From assembly GCF_018350175.1 (NCBI RefSeq), contig NC_058368.1, forward strand, positions 164,984,001 through 165,048,000: 64,000 bases of DNA, in the 5' to 3' direction. Origin of the DNA: Felis catus. Lineage: Eukaryota. The notes under the pieces were generated by a model. The model did no database searches, was not told the DNA's origin, and worked only from the letters and a program-made list of their open reading frames with translations. Shown in pieces: positions 37,347 through 50,160 of the stretch (positions within the stretch are counted from its first letter, which is position 1; each line of letters starts with the position of its first letter). The position numbers and the translations under genes were made by a program.

Positions 37347-38081
37347 AAAGTAGCCTCATAGATTTCTCTGAGATTGTGTTCAGTTTGTAGATCAATTTGA
37401 GAAAAATTTGCATTTTGACAATTTTAAGTTTTCCAATTAATGATCATGAGATATCTCTCCATTTACTTAGCTCTTCTTTGATATTTATCAACAATGTGGT
37501 ATGTTTGTTTATTATACAAAGTATACCCATGTGTTTTCTTTTTGAGATTTATTCTTCTGTTATATTTTTACTGGTATTATAAATGGTATCTTTATAAGAT
37601 AACTTATCTAATTGTTTATTGCTGGTATGTTTAAAGATAATTGATTTTAACATGCTGGCTTTTTTCCCCCTGTAACCAGCTAAACTCACTTATTTTAATA
37701 TCTTTTTCCACATTTTCTCTATAGACAATCATGGCCTCTAAGAATAAAGACAGTTTTATTTCTTACTTTAAATCTATATGTCTTATATTTCTTTTTCTTG
37801 TCTTACTGCACTAACTTGCATGTTGTAGAATAGAAATGGTATAAGTAGCAATTCTTATTTTGGTCCTAATCAGAATGGAGCCATTTAGTCTTTAGCAATA
37901 AGATGTGATGTTAATTCTATTTATTAACAGATATCTTTTATAAGGTTGAAAAAATTAGCTTATATTAATAGGTTGTGAAGAAATTTTGTCATAAACAGAT
38001 ATTGAAATTTGTCAAATGTTATTCAGCTATCTTTTGAACAGATTTTTTTTTCTGTTTTAAATATTGGCATAAATGAATTAC

Positions 38082-38497
38082 TGTAGTAGTCAGGCTTCTT
38101 CAGAGAAACTGAACTAGTAGGAGATAGAGATAGATAGTAATAAAGATAGATATTGATTTACTATAAGGAATTGGCTCAATGGCTACAAAATTATGGAGGC
38201 TGGGATGTCCCACAGTCTGCTGTCTATAAACAGGAAAACTAGTTGTGCAGTTCAATCTGAGTCTGAAAGCCTGAGAACCAGGGGAGCTAATGTTATAATT
38301 CCTAGCCACAGGGAAGGAGAAGACTCATATTCTAGTTCAGCAGTTAGTTCATCATAAAAACTAAATCTTCCCTCCAGTCACCTTTTTGTTCTATGAAGTC
38401 TGTCAGTGGATTTGATGATTCCCACCCACATTGCTGAGATCAATCTGCTTTACTCTGTCTACTGATTTCAATGCTAATCTCATCTGGAAATACCCTC
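38082..38497 (-). mobile_element. ERVL LTR, MLT2B-like
   Basis: 'tgtagtagtcaggcttcttcagagaaac', 'ctataaggaattggctca', 'aaagcctgagaaccaggggagc', 'caatgctaatctcatctggaaataccctc'. Confidence 0.85.
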
Positions 38498-38588
38498 CCG
38501 TTCCCAGGATAGATCTCACTTGCTTATAATATTCCATTCTACTTATATATGCTAGACTTAGTTTGCCAATATTTATAAATAATTTTTT

Positions 38589-38759
38589 GGGGTGCCTGGG
38601 TGGCTCAGTCAGTTGGGTGTCTGATGTCAGCTCAGGTCATGATCTTGTGGTCTGTGAGTTCAAGCCCTGCATTGGGCTCTTGCTGACAGGTCAGAGCCTG
38701 GAGGCTGCTTCAGATTCTGTGTCTCCCTCTCTGTGCACCTCCCCTGCTCATGCCTCTCC

Positions 38760-38790
<31 letters not shown>

Positions 38791-38820
38791 AAAAGTAAAT
38801 AAAAATTTAAAAAAAATTAA
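38589..38820 (+). mobile_element. CanSINE
   Basis: Head, (CT)n, A-tail. Confidence 0.94.
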
Positions 38821-39293
38821 GAATTTTTTTTCCATGTTCCTGAGGAATATTATTCTGTAATTTTCTTTTCTTACAATATCATTATCTGTTTTGGTATCAT
38901 TGCAATGCTGGCCTCATTAAAAAGAGTTAGAAGGTATGCTCTTTTCTATTTTCTGGATTTTTGTTTTGTTTTATTTGTTTTTAGAATTATAATTTCTTCC
39001 ATTAATCTTTTATATAACTCATTAATCAATCCATATGAATATTTTTTCCCCTTTTTGGAAAGTTAACTATGAACACAGTGTCTTAATAGATATAGGACTA
39101 ATTGCACTCTTTATTTCCTCTTGAGTGAGTTTTGTTCATTTGTATTTTTAACATTTTCTTTTCATTATGTTATTAACTTATTGGCTGATGCCAATAAATT
39201 TTAGAATGGTTTAGCAAATACTTAGCAAAAAACAGCTAACTGATATAGTCATTCATATATGATTCATTAACTCATTGATGTACTTTCAATATA

Positions 39294-39394
39294 TAGTTGA
39301 CCCTTGAACAATTCAGGGGATAGAGGTGCCAACCTCTTGTACAGTTGAAAATCCACATATATATTATGTACTGTATTCCTACAATAAAGTGAGT
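39294..39394. mobile_element. Tigger1-type (TcMar) terminal fragment
   Basis: TA plus tagttgacccttgaacaa (Tigger1 TIR), 'cagttgaaaatcc', 'atgtactgtattcctacaataaagt'. Confidence 0.75.
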
Positions 39395-39769
39395 TCAACT
39401 CACTCAATAAAGTGAGTTTAAGAGTCAATTGTAAACTTAAAACATCAATAATATTTTTTAGGTTCTGTTATATACCCTGGGTATGATGACAAAACTGAAC
39501 TGTAAGAAATAAGAATCTATTGTATTCTGCAAATAATTCTACAATATGTGAAGCCTAGCATGACAATGACTATGTCAAAGAGGTTTATTAGGTTTTTACT
39601 ATGAAAGAAAACTTGTTACTTTTGTATCAAGTGTTACTTACTATGTAGTGCTATGCAGTGCTTCCTATGTACTAATCTGTAAGTAAGTAGCATGTTCAAA
39701 CAATAAGAACATTTTTAATCATTTTTGTACTACAAATTCATAAATGTTCAGACTTCAACAAATCTTATT

Positions 39770-40195
39770 ACTTTCTCTGGCTAATTCTACTCTAGCTACA
39801 CTGATGTCTTTACTGGTTATATATCATGCTTCACATATTCCCACCTTGAGGCCTTTGTAATCCCAGATTTCTATACCTGAAATATCTCATTTATATTAAT
39901 CCTTAAATGTTAGTTCCCCAAAAGGACATTCCTTAGGCATCATGATTAAAATTATAATTCTTTCCTGTTTTACCTGCTTACCCTTTTTAATTTTCTCATA
40001 GCATTATATGACAATATACCATATATTTGTTTATTTATGTTCTGTCTTTCAACCTCACTTTAGTATGCAAACTCCACAGAAGGAGGGACTTCATTTGTTC
40101 ACTGCTTTGTTTCCCTTATTGCTTATCTGCACTGGCTAGAACAGAATTTAGCATATCATAGGCATGTAATAAATATTATTGAACAAATAAATAAA
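39770..40195 (+). mobile_element. L2 3' portion
   Basis: 'ctctagctacactg', 'cccaccttgaggccttt', 'aactccacagaaggagggact', ends aataaatattattgaacaaataaataaa. Confidence 0.75.
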
Positions 40196-41489
40196 GAAGT
40201 CACCATTATTTTAGGAGCTCTAATTTTTTTAGAACAAGTAGCATACTCACAGAATCAGAGAATTTGGCTTTCATTCTGTGATCCTGCTATTATATTAAAT
40301 TTGAGCAAATTATATAATTTTTCTGAGTTTTCATTTTTTTCAGTTTCTTAATTTAAATGTCCAACTCTGCTGTTATATACATTAATTACTTCTGCCTGAA
40401 ATGTTTCATTGTTCCAGCCTTCAGTGATTACTCTTTCTTCTGCATTACTAATAAAGCTGTTGTTCAGTATGCTACATACTTCTATATTCATTATACTAAA
40501 CAGTAATTTGAAATGTATTTAACTTTCTTACATTTGTCTTTTTTCCTGAATAGAGTGACCAAAATAAGAGGAAATGAATCTTATTTTTTAATTAGCCAAA
40601 TGAATTTAATGGATCAACTTTTTTTATCCTACGACCATGATTAATGAAAATCCTTCACACGTCTGATTGAGATCTGACATTTTATAGGCATGGATTGAGG
40701 ATTCTCCCTTTTCTTTACTGGATAAAAGCATATAAATGCTTGGAAAGCTTCCACTTAAATCTTTATTTCAGGTCTGTATAATTTTTCTAACTTACAAGGA
40801 CAGAAAGCCAAAAAATCAAGTGTTTTGTCTTTTTAGTCCTTCTAAAATTCCCACACTGACTAGATCTTTCAAGTATTCCAATTGGATTTCCCTTCAACTG
40901 GCAGAATTCAACCTACCCAAACCAACTATCTTTTCATATAATCTTTTCTTTACCCCTTTCCAAGTGCCATGGTCTTTTACATCTTGAAAATCATAAATTT
41001 TCCTCAGTTTCCTCTTTGTGTCAGAAATTTTCAAGCCTGTAGCACTGGAGTTATGTTGCTCCCTTTTCTGTAGGGTGTAGAGAGGCAGAGGGAAAATTTA
41101 GGCTTCAAAGATGGGTCAGGAAAGGAGATCCATCATAGTGATGTAGATGTAGGGACAGTAAATATCTTATCTTCTTTCTTGACATCAGGTAAAATAAACA
41201 AATAAAACTAATAGAAAAAAACACTACTATTTTTTCTCATTAAGTTAAAAATGTCAACCTTCATATAATGTTTATGGTCTTATTTTGCAGGAAGAGTTCT
41301 TTATTTGTCCTTAAATTTTATTTAAAAGCCATTTTTATTTGCCTGTTTTCCTTGTTGACAGGGAAAGTAGAAGAAACTTGAAGACAAGTCTTATATGTCC
41401 TATTTTATAACTATAAATTTGTCAAATAATTTGTCCTATGTAGAGTAAATTCTAGATACTGATTAAAATTAAAAGAATGAAGTATATTT

Positions 41490-41699
41490 CTCTTTTTTTA
41501 ATGTTTATTTATTTTTGAAAGAGAGACAGAGCATGAGTGGAGGAGGGGCAGAGAGAGAGAGGGAGACACAGAATCCGAAATAGGCTCTAAGCTCTGAGCT
41601 GTCAGCACAGAGCCCGACGCAGGGCTCGAACTCACGAACCGTGAGATCATGACCAGAATTGAAGTCAGATGCTCAACCAACTGAACCACCAGTTGCCCC
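41490..41699 (-). mobile_element. felid SINEC
   Basis: 17-bp TSD aagaatgaagtatattt at 41473-41489 and 41700-41716. Confidence 0.96.
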
Positions 41700-42026
41700 A
41701 AGAATGAAGTATATTTGTAAAGCTAGCTATCTGTTTTTATTTAGATGGACTTTGTTAGACTTTGATAGAACATTGTTCCTTCTTATAATTCTAGTTTTAG
41801 ATTTTGTTTCTTATTTTATTTGAACTTCATACAATTTACTCACAGTCTTCCTCCATTTTATTACCATCTCCATAGTGAAAAAGCAGAATATTTAAAATTT
41901 ATATTTTAATATGCATTTATTCATCTTTCATGAAATACTTTTTGAAACTATCATTTCTCTTATTTCTGATAGCCTTTTCTGCTGAATTGATCATGTGTGT
42001 TGTGCTTTATTTATTTATATAATTTA

Positions 42027-42034
42027 GTGTGTGT

Positions 42035-42065
<31 letters not shown>

Positions 42066-42075
42066 CACGCGTGTG
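42027..42075. repeat. (TG)n microsatellite
   Basis: Direct reading. Confidence 0.93.
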
Positions 42076-42079
42076 TGGT

Positions 42080-42270
42080 GTACTTTAGAAAGCACTGTAT
42101 CCATTCTCTCTAGTTAGCCCCACACAACAGCCTTGAGGAGGAGAAATAGTATATTCTCCTTAACCTACCATTGCTGGAGAAGACAAGTTACAATATATAT
42201 CCTAGTTCACAGATTGGAGTGGCAGAAACAGGATTGAGGCCTTCTGCCCTGTTCTTCAGTGCTATCTCTA
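42080..42270 (-). mobile_element. MIR fragment
   Basis: 'cacaacagccttgagg', 'cctagttcacag...gtggcagaaacaggattga'. Confidence 0.55.
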
Positions 42271-42334
42271 CTATATCAAGTCACTCTGCAACGATGCAGC
42301 AAACTGTTCCAGTATTGATAGTCAGGAGCTATAT

Positions 42335-42620
42335 AAAAGAAGCCACTCACTAAAGACTGCATATTCTTTGGCTTTGTGTGACATTTATATGAAATTCTAG
42401 AAAAGGCAAAATCAGTTTGCTTCTGGCAGATCAGTGATTAGAAGCAAGGATGGGGGTGGGAATTGATTGCGTACAGGTATAAGGGAGCTTTGTGTGGTTA
42501 TGAGAGTATTTCAAAGCCTGACACTGTAGCAGTTAAAATGACAGTAGTCCCCCAATATATGGAACTGCAAGCTTAAAAGGAAGGAAACTTTTAGATGTTT
42601 ATTATACCTGAATAGAATGT
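42335..42620 (+). mobile_element. old L1 3' UTR fragment
   Basis: 'aaaagaagcca', 'catttatatgaaattctagaaaaggcaaaa', 'aattgattgc...aagggagcttt', 'attatacctgaata'. Confidence 0.7.
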
Positions 42621-44131
42621 AAAATATATACATTGTCAGCAGACTGTTACTTCTACATCAGTAACATAAATATAGAATTTGTTTTATTTATTACCCAATC
42701 ATGTGTAATCAATTGACTTTTAAAAAATGATTTGCCTTTAAATCCTTTGATAATCAGTTTAAGGCTGAGCAGTTTGTTAAAAATGCAGAGCCTTGTGTTT
42801 TTCTCCCATCTGACCTGATGCACTAATCACTAGGGCACAGTTGTGTTATTCAGAACATGGAATGAGGTCACATTTCTCCCTAGTGGAGAGTAAATAGCAA
42901 ATGTACTTTAAAAAGTACCTGGCATTTAATGCCTAATCCTAAAGATTAGTTGATGTTAAAAATAAATAAATAAAACCAAGAAATGCTTACTTTCTCACAA
43001 AAGGATTTGACCAACATTTTTTTGATTAGTAATTTTCTATATGTCCAGTCATATACATTTAAAATAAAAAAGTATGAGAATATTGGGGAATGAGTTGAAG
43101 CAAATAAATAGGTATTTTAAAAGATAAAGTGTGCATAAGCTTAGATTATTTTTTATGATTTCTTCTCATTCACAGCTTTTAAATCACTTGAGATGATAAT
43201 TTTTCCTCCTCCATTATTATTTTGTTTGTGATTTTAATGTGAGTACTACCTTAAAAAATTATGGAAAAGTATAAATATACAAAAGGAAAAGTAACATAAT
43301 AAACCTCTATTGATCCAATATCCAGTTTCAATGTAGTCAATATATGTTTCTCTAAATCTATACCTATTCTCCATCCACACCCCATCTTATTTTTTTCAGT
43401 TAAATCCTAGATATCACTTTATTTCATCCATAGATCCTTCAATATGTATCAAAAGATATTTTAAAAATCCTAATTCCAATTTTTATATCTTTTCTGAAGT
43501 AATTAAGCATAATTCTTTAAGGTTATAAAAACACAATATTCACATTTATTTCAATATTTCATAGTATTTTAAATTTACGGTTTGTTTGAATCAGGAAACA
43601 AAATACATGTGATATGTTTCATTGATATAGTTTAAATTATTTTTGACTTATAAGCTTCCCCTCCTTCTTATCCCTTATAAATTATTTGATACAGAAACCA
43701 AGGAAATTGATCCTCTATAATTTGGGACATTCTGGATTTGCTCATTGCCTCCCTTTGTATCAGTTAAGGTGGTCTGCATACTTTTTTATTTCCTGTAAAA
43801 AAAAGTAGTTACATTTAGAAGGCTGATCAAATTTGTTCTATTTTTTTAATAATACTTCACAGCAGGAGTTGTAAGCTTCCTATTGTATCACATCAAGTGA
43901 TATTATGTCTAGTTTTCATTCTAATTGTTATTGAGATTGATCTAACCACCTAGCTTTTTCTTGTTTTTTTTTTTTTTAGTATCAACACAAACTCAGAATG
44001 ATCCCAATGCCAATATTTTTACGAAAATTAAGCTTATGAAAAACATTTAAGATGTCTTGCACTATTCTTTTACCTTCTACATGATTTTAATTAAAAGTTT
44101 GCTTCATTTATTATTTCATATCTGTTTCTCT

Positions 44132-44202
44132 GTTTATTTATTTTTATTATGGAAAATATACATAATATGAAGTTACCATTTTAGCCACTTTAAAGTAGAT
44201 AG
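44132..44202 (-). mobile_element. short old L1 3' terminus fused to U6
   Basis: tttttattatggaaaatatacataatatgaagttaccattttagccactttaaagt matches the recalled L1MB-type 3' end (reverse). Confidence 0.75.
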
Positions 44203-44310
44203 AAAAATATGGAATGCTTCATGAATTTACATGTTAGTATTTCACAGGGTCCATGCTCATCTTCTCTTTGCCATTATGATTTTAGTAAATGCATGCTACT
44301 GAGCAACAAC
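44203..44310 (-). pseudogene. RNU6: ancient U6 snRNA retrocopy (5' part of a U6/L1 chimera)
   Basis: aaaaatatggaatgcttcatgaattt...cagggtccatgctcatcttctct...ttttagta...tgctactgagc is a diverged reverse complement of full-length U6 including its T5 end. Confidence 0.9.
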
Positions 44311-45358
44311 TTGAATTTGTTTTTATCTTTAGGATATATCTGAATATCTGACTTGGTCTATATTCCAAATTACTGTAGGTTAAAGTCCTACTAATGAATA
44401 GATCCAATGGCCTTTAAACATTTTTCATTGCAAATATATTCCACTGTTTTGTCATTTGTTATTTATTGATTATAATGTTTATTTGTCATATTTTTTTGGA
44501 CAAGTAACAAACTAAAATTATTAATTTTATCCTTTATTGATTTTTTTGTGAATCATAGTTAACACTGTTTTCTCTACTTTCAAGTTTGTAGGTGAATTTA
44601 AATATATTTCTTTTAATACTATGTGGAGATAATTTTGCTTTTTCTTCATATGGCTATGCCACTATTCCAACACTACTAATTATAAAGAATATTTTTCTCA
44701 TTGATTTCTAATGCTATGTTTGTGATATACTAAATTTTTATTTGCAAATATATCTATTTCCAGATTTTCTATCTTAGTCCATTCATTTTCTAATGCCTTA
44801 TTCCCTTATACATACAGGACATAAAGTACATCTCATCTAGAGTGAACTAGAATATCCTTCTCATGGTTTCTGTGCTTTCTCTATTTTTGTTTGTCCTTTC
44901 AGATGAACCTTATAATTTTCTATCTCAAGGGGAAAAAAAGATCTGTTTTTTTTATGGCAATAATATTAAATTTATAAATCAAATATTTTTGTTAATATTC
45001 ACATGTATGGTTGGTTTGTAGATTTCACTTTTGGAGTAGTTTTTATCAGGTTTTATAATCAATATAACATTTACCTTAAAAAAGAATTTAAAGGGTTTTT
45101 TGTTCCTTTGTTTATGTTTTCAAATAGTTTAGTACTTGGATTATCTTTACAGTCATTTAAAGCAATTGCCTTCTGAAAGCATTTGGAGCTTAAATCAAAT
45201 ACTTTTACCATAATATGTATTGGTTTTGGCTGCTTGTGAAAACTTTTCTCTGAGAAATAATATTCTCTTTCAATATGAAGATGTAATTCTTAATTTATTT
45301 CAGAAAAGTTATATGATATGGTTTTTAATATGTATTCTTTGTTCTTTTGTTTTCACTT

Positions 45359-45361
<3 letters not shown>

Positions 45362-45405
<44 letters not shown>
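45362..45405. repeat. (TG)n microsatellite
   Basis: Direct reading. Confidence 0.95.
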
Positions 45406-45406
<1 letters not shown>

Positions 45407-46692
45407 CTTTCTCCACTTTTTCTATTACTTCCTCCTCATTTTATGCCTCTATTAATTTTTGCTTGATTTTAAAATTTACTGTTCTACTTTTCATTGTCTA
45501 TTCCTTTTACTGTATCATGTATGATACCTGTTCATTTCCATTGTCTACTTAGCTTTGCTTTTATTTATGAAATTATTTTAAATTTATTTCTAAATCATTC
45601 TAGAATTCAGTGAGGTCTTATTTTCAACCTCTCTTATTTTTATAATTTTATTTTTCTCATTTTTTTCTAGTTCTTATGATTTTTTTCATATTTTAATTAT
45701 ATTTGGTTTATTTTGAAATACTAAGCTTCAATGTTTAAAATCTTTTTTAGGAGAGCATGTTCTTTTGGTATATCTTCAGTGTCTTAAAGATGTTTATTTG
45801 GCTCACATATTTTTTTGACCTAGAATGAGTTGATATGGAATTAACTACAATTCTATTGTGTTATGAATATTTATATGAAATAAGTTTTCTTGAATTTTAA
45901 AAAATATCTTTCCAGATAGGGGGATATTCTAAGGTAACTTTCATAGCTTCATGGCTTCAGGCTTTACTGTGAAGCATCACAAAGTTAGTTTAGGTACTTT
46001 GAGAACTGTCTCCTCGCTTCCTTTTTTTTTTTTTTTTTTTACCATCATCGGAATATTTCCTTTCTCTCTTTCTTTTCCACACTGAGTGCCTCAACTCTTT
46101 TTCTTTTTGTCCCATAGTATCTTTCTCCTGCTTAACGTGTTTTATTCCCATCAGTTTCTCTTTTGCATAGGTTTTGTCTTTGAAGGAAACTTCTTCAGTT
46201 GGTTGGTTTCAAGCATTCATGACACCTCTATATCCTCAGCATAGTCTAACATTCCTGAAGTCTCCTAAACTCATCCTTACAGTGGAAACAGAAAGTCTCC
46301 TCTCCTGATGTTTTTCTCATTACCTTCACCTGACTTCTCTTCCAGAGTCTTCTCTTGCTTTCTGAATGAATTGTTGTTGGTAGTTTACTAGCATCAGGGC
46401 TATTATATATCTTTGTCTTTCTCCTTCCTCTCACACAGTTAATTATATACATGTTGTAGTTAGGCACAGCTCAGTGGAATTTTGTGGTTTGTGAGGATAC
46501 CACTTCACTTCTTAGGGATAAAATGCTTTCACTGTTCTATTAATTTACATATTTAGTACTTTACTGCATTTATTGTTATGTCTGTTTTGTTAGGAGGTTC
46601 AAGAAGACTTAAATACTTTGCTATTCCAGTAACAGCATATCTATTTTAAATGATCTTTACTTGTAAGAGCAACTTAGGTTCATAGAAATATT

Positions 46693-46908
46693 GGGGTGCC
46701 TGGGTGGCGCAGTCGGTTAAGCGTCCGGCTTCAGCCAGGTCACGATCTCGCGGTCCGTGAGTTCGAGCCCCGCGTCGGGCTCTGAACTGATGGCTCGGAG
46801 CCTGGAGCCTGTTTCCGGTTCTGTGTCTCCCTCTCTCTCTGCCCCTCCCCCATTCATGCTCTGTCTCTCTCTGTCCCAAAAATAAAAAATAAAAAAAATG
46901 AAAAAAAA
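46693..46908 (+). mobile_element. young felid SINEC
   Basis: CpG-rich; TSD agaaatatt at 46684-46692 and 46909-46917. Confidence 0.97.
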
Positions 46909-46929
46909 AGAAATATTAAGCAGAAGATA

Positions 46930-47125
46930 TGGATTGACTTTTGTATATTAAACTTGTATCCTGTAACTTTGCTATAATCACTTAATTAGTTTCAGGAATT
47001 TTTGTTGATTCTTTCAGATTTTCTACACAGATAACCACAACATCTATAAACAAAGTTTATTTCTTCTGTCCCAATCTATATGCCTTTTATTTTCTTTTTT
47101 TGTCATTTTGCACTAGATAGAACTT
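46930..47125 (-). mobile_element. L1MC-like ORF2 fragment
   Basis: 'attgacttttgtatattaaacttgtatcctgtaactttgctataatcacttaattagtt'. Confidence 0.8.
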
Positions 47126-47189
47126 CCCAAATCACAGTGCAGGTAAGTTGAATTCAAAAAGGAGGTAGTGGTATCACTGTGTGGTAAAA

Positions 47190-48290
47190 ACAAAATTATA
47201 GTTCATTCCTGTTGTGGTGGCTTGGGTTTCAGGAGCAAAGATTTAAAGAGAAAGGCATGGCAGAGAATGGGCCACGAGAAAGTATATAAAATTATTTGTG
47301 TCTTTGGTTTAGTGTTTAGCTATGCACTCAAGGAGTAAAACTCCAGGATGTGTAGCAGAGAATAACCACAAGGAATCAGGAGAGATTTGAGTAGATACCT
47401 AGATCAATAAAACTATCTGTGGCCAACTCAGTTAGAAATACCATGGTGAGTGGCCAGGACTTTGAGTTAAGAAACCAGAAAGGCCCTGGTCTAGAAATAT
47501 GGACCACGTCCTAGAATTAAGATACATGCTCTAAGAGTAAAAGATATGCTTAGGGGAATTAGAAATCAAGATAATCCACATCTTTACAGTGTATCACCTT
47601 CAATATATGAGATATAAAATTACTAATCATATGAATAACCAGCAACAAGTAATAAACAGTAAAGAAATACAATAGTCTATTGTAAGAGCAGGCCCAGAGA
47701 TGATACATATATTGTAATTAGTAAGGACTTTAACATACTCTCGATACCTATGTTATAGAAAAGACAGAAAAAAGAAAAATAATGTGAATAAAGGGATGGA
47801 AAATATTGGTAAAATGTTTATGTATTTCTATATAGAAAAATCACTGGATCTCATGGAGGTTATTAAAGGCAGACCAACACAGGATAGGCTATATATTGAA
47901 CTCAGAAATACATTATTAGAAATGATATGTAAACTGAAATAAAGAAAAACAAAGGCAAACATAACAAAATAAAACAAAGCATAAAGTACATGTGGAAATT
48001 TGTCGAAAAAAAAGTCCCAGCGGGAGAAGACAGAGAGTTGGGATAGAATCTATACTTGAAAAAATAATGGCTGATAATTTCCCATAGCATTTGGAAGATA
48101 TTGCCAGTGAATTGAAGTGGGATAAATACAGAGAGAAACATACCCAGGTGGATTATAATCAAATTGTTAAAAACTAAAGACCAAATGGTAATATTCAAAA
48201 CAGCTACAAGGAGAAAACACTGTATGACATTTAATAGGAAAAGTATATAACTCATAGCTAAGATGTTAATAAAAAGTAGAAGTCAGGAAA
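47190..48290 (+). mobile_element. old L1 5'/ORF1 remnant
   Basis: 'gaaaaaataatggctgataatttccca', 'ataatcaaattgttaaaaactaaagac' (decayed ORF1 EIMAENFP / IIKLLKTK-like motifs). Confidence 0.7.
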
Positions 48291-49196
48291 AAAATAGAAA
48301 TATACCTAAACTAAGTCTCATTAATACAGGAGATTGGCAAATATAGTTTTCTGGATAGCTACCCTCTTGTCCCTCATTCCTTCTGGAGCAGGTCAAGGAA
48401 AGTTCAGGAAATGTATGGGAGAACAAAAAATAACTTATCTGTACTGTGGGAAATAAGAATATTGGCATATATCCTTAGGAACATATTCAACATTAGGCTT
48501 TGGTGACATATCACAGTGGTGTTTTCAAATAAGAAGTTGGATATGCAAATTTAGATTACAGAGGAAATTCCTAGAATTCACACACAATATGTGATATCTT
48601 CTAAGAATAACATAACAAAAGAAGTATCTCAGATCAAATACTCAAAAACTTCAAGGTTAAAATTAAGTAAAGTTTTAAAATTTACAAAAATATTTTTGAC
48701 CTGATATACATGAAATTTGATATTCTAATTTAGAATAGATATTCTAGAATCAAGGAATATTCCTTGATTAAAGTATAGCATCAGAAACTACATACATTGA
48801 TGCTGTCATATTACCCAAAAGTATTACTCCCAATCTTCCCATGATTAATTTTACTGAACTGTATAAATTTGAAAAAGCAAATCTAATTAAGCTCTTATAA
48901 AAAAGTCATGTATATCATGTATAGTTTTATTGGTAATATTGTTTTCTAAATCACCCACTATTCTATTTCATCAACTCTCTTAGGATAAATTTCCTTCAGG
49001 ATCAATGCACAATTTCTGTGTTTTCCTTTATAATTTGTTGGCTTAACTGTTAGAAATTCTGGATGAAGTGATTGATCATGTTTTCTCATTATTTTTAGAG
49101 GTAAATATGTTGCCTATTTCTTGCAAGCAGGCTGAACTTCTCAGCATATATTCTATGCATTAAATTCAGAGTTAATTTAAATCGTAGTTTTAACTG

Positions 49197-49640
49197 CCTC
49201 ATATGGGTCAATTTGTGTCCTCCAAAAACATATGTTCAAGCTCTAAACAGCAGTACCTCAGAAGGTGACCTTATCTGGATAAAGGGTTGTTGCATGTGTA
49301 ATTAGTTAAGATGAAGTCGTACTAAAGTAGAGTGGGCCCATAATCCAATATGACTAGTGCTTTTTTGAAAAGAGGGAAGACAGAGTGTAGATGCAGATAC
49401 ATAGGGAGTGTGCCACGTACAACGGAGGCAGAGATTGGCATGATGCAGCTATGAGCTGAGGAATGCCAAAAATTGATAGCTTCCACCAGGAACTAGGAAG
49501 AAGCACAGAGGGATTTTATACTTAGAGGGAGCATGCTCCTGTTGATATCTTGACTTCAAAACTATGAAAGCATAAATTTCTGTTGTTTTAAGTTACCCAC
49601 TTTTGGTACTTTGTTATCGTAGCCCTAGGAAATTAATATG
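49197..49640 (+). mobile_element. MaLR solo LTR, MLT1B/C-like
   Basis: 'tgtgtcctccaaaa..atatgttcaag', 'gtacctcagaaggtgaccttat', 'ggaggcagagattgg', ends ttgttatcgtagccctaggaaattaata. Confidence 0.9.
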
Positions 49641-49703
49641 CTGCCTTTATACTCAATCCCTTCACTTATTTTTATTTTGTTTTTCATTGTACTTATACAT
49701 AGG

Positions 49704-49926
49704 GTTTTTATTTTTTTATTTTTTTAAAGTTTATTTTGAGAGAGAGAGAAAAAAAAAGGAGAGAACGAGGCACAGAGAAAGAGGCAGAGAGAAAGAGAGA
49801 ATCCCAAGCAGGCTCCCCCAGTCAGTGTGCAGAGCATGATGTGGGGCTCAAACTCACGAAACTGTGAGATCATGACCTGAGTCAAAATCAAAAGCTCCAC
49901 GCTTAACCGACTGCACCCAGCCACCC
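49704..49926 (-). mobile_element. CanSINE
   Basis: Reverse SINE body and tail. Confidence 0.92.
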
Positions 49927-49929
49927 AAA

Positions 49930-50160
49930 TTTTTAAAAATTTGAGTATAGTTGACACAATGTTACATTAGTTTCAGGTGTACAACTTAGTGATTTGACAA
50001 GTTTATATCTTATGTTCATCCCAAGTATACCTATCATCTGTCCCATTATATTACTATTATAATGTCATTGACTGTATTCCTTATGCTGTGCCTTTTATTC
50101 CCCTGACATACTAATTCTAGAACTGGAAGCCTGTATCTCCCTCTTCCCTGCATCCATTTT
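49930..50160 (-). mobile_element. L1 3' end (L1MA9/carnivore type)
   Basis: 'gagtatagttgacacaatgttacattagtttcaggtgtacaac...ttgactgtattccttatgctgtgcctt'. Confidence 0.88.

Larger units (their letters stand above)
35322..39180 (-). mobile_element. long old L1 (L1MB/L1ME-like) 3' UTR plus ORF2, interrupted by 4 SINEs and an MLT2
   Basis: Begins with L1 3' end 'tttattgaggtataatagcaaaaaataaacttcacc'; continues with colinear ORF2-derived motifs. Confidence 0.8.
43235..45340 (-). mobile_element. very old L1 (L1MC4/5-like) fragments hosting the U6/L1 chimera
   Basis: 'aaatcctagatatcactttatttcatcc', 'gtttgtttgaatcagga', 'gaaaccaagg..tggatttgctcattgc', then ORF2-like T-rich sequence. Confidence 0.6.
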
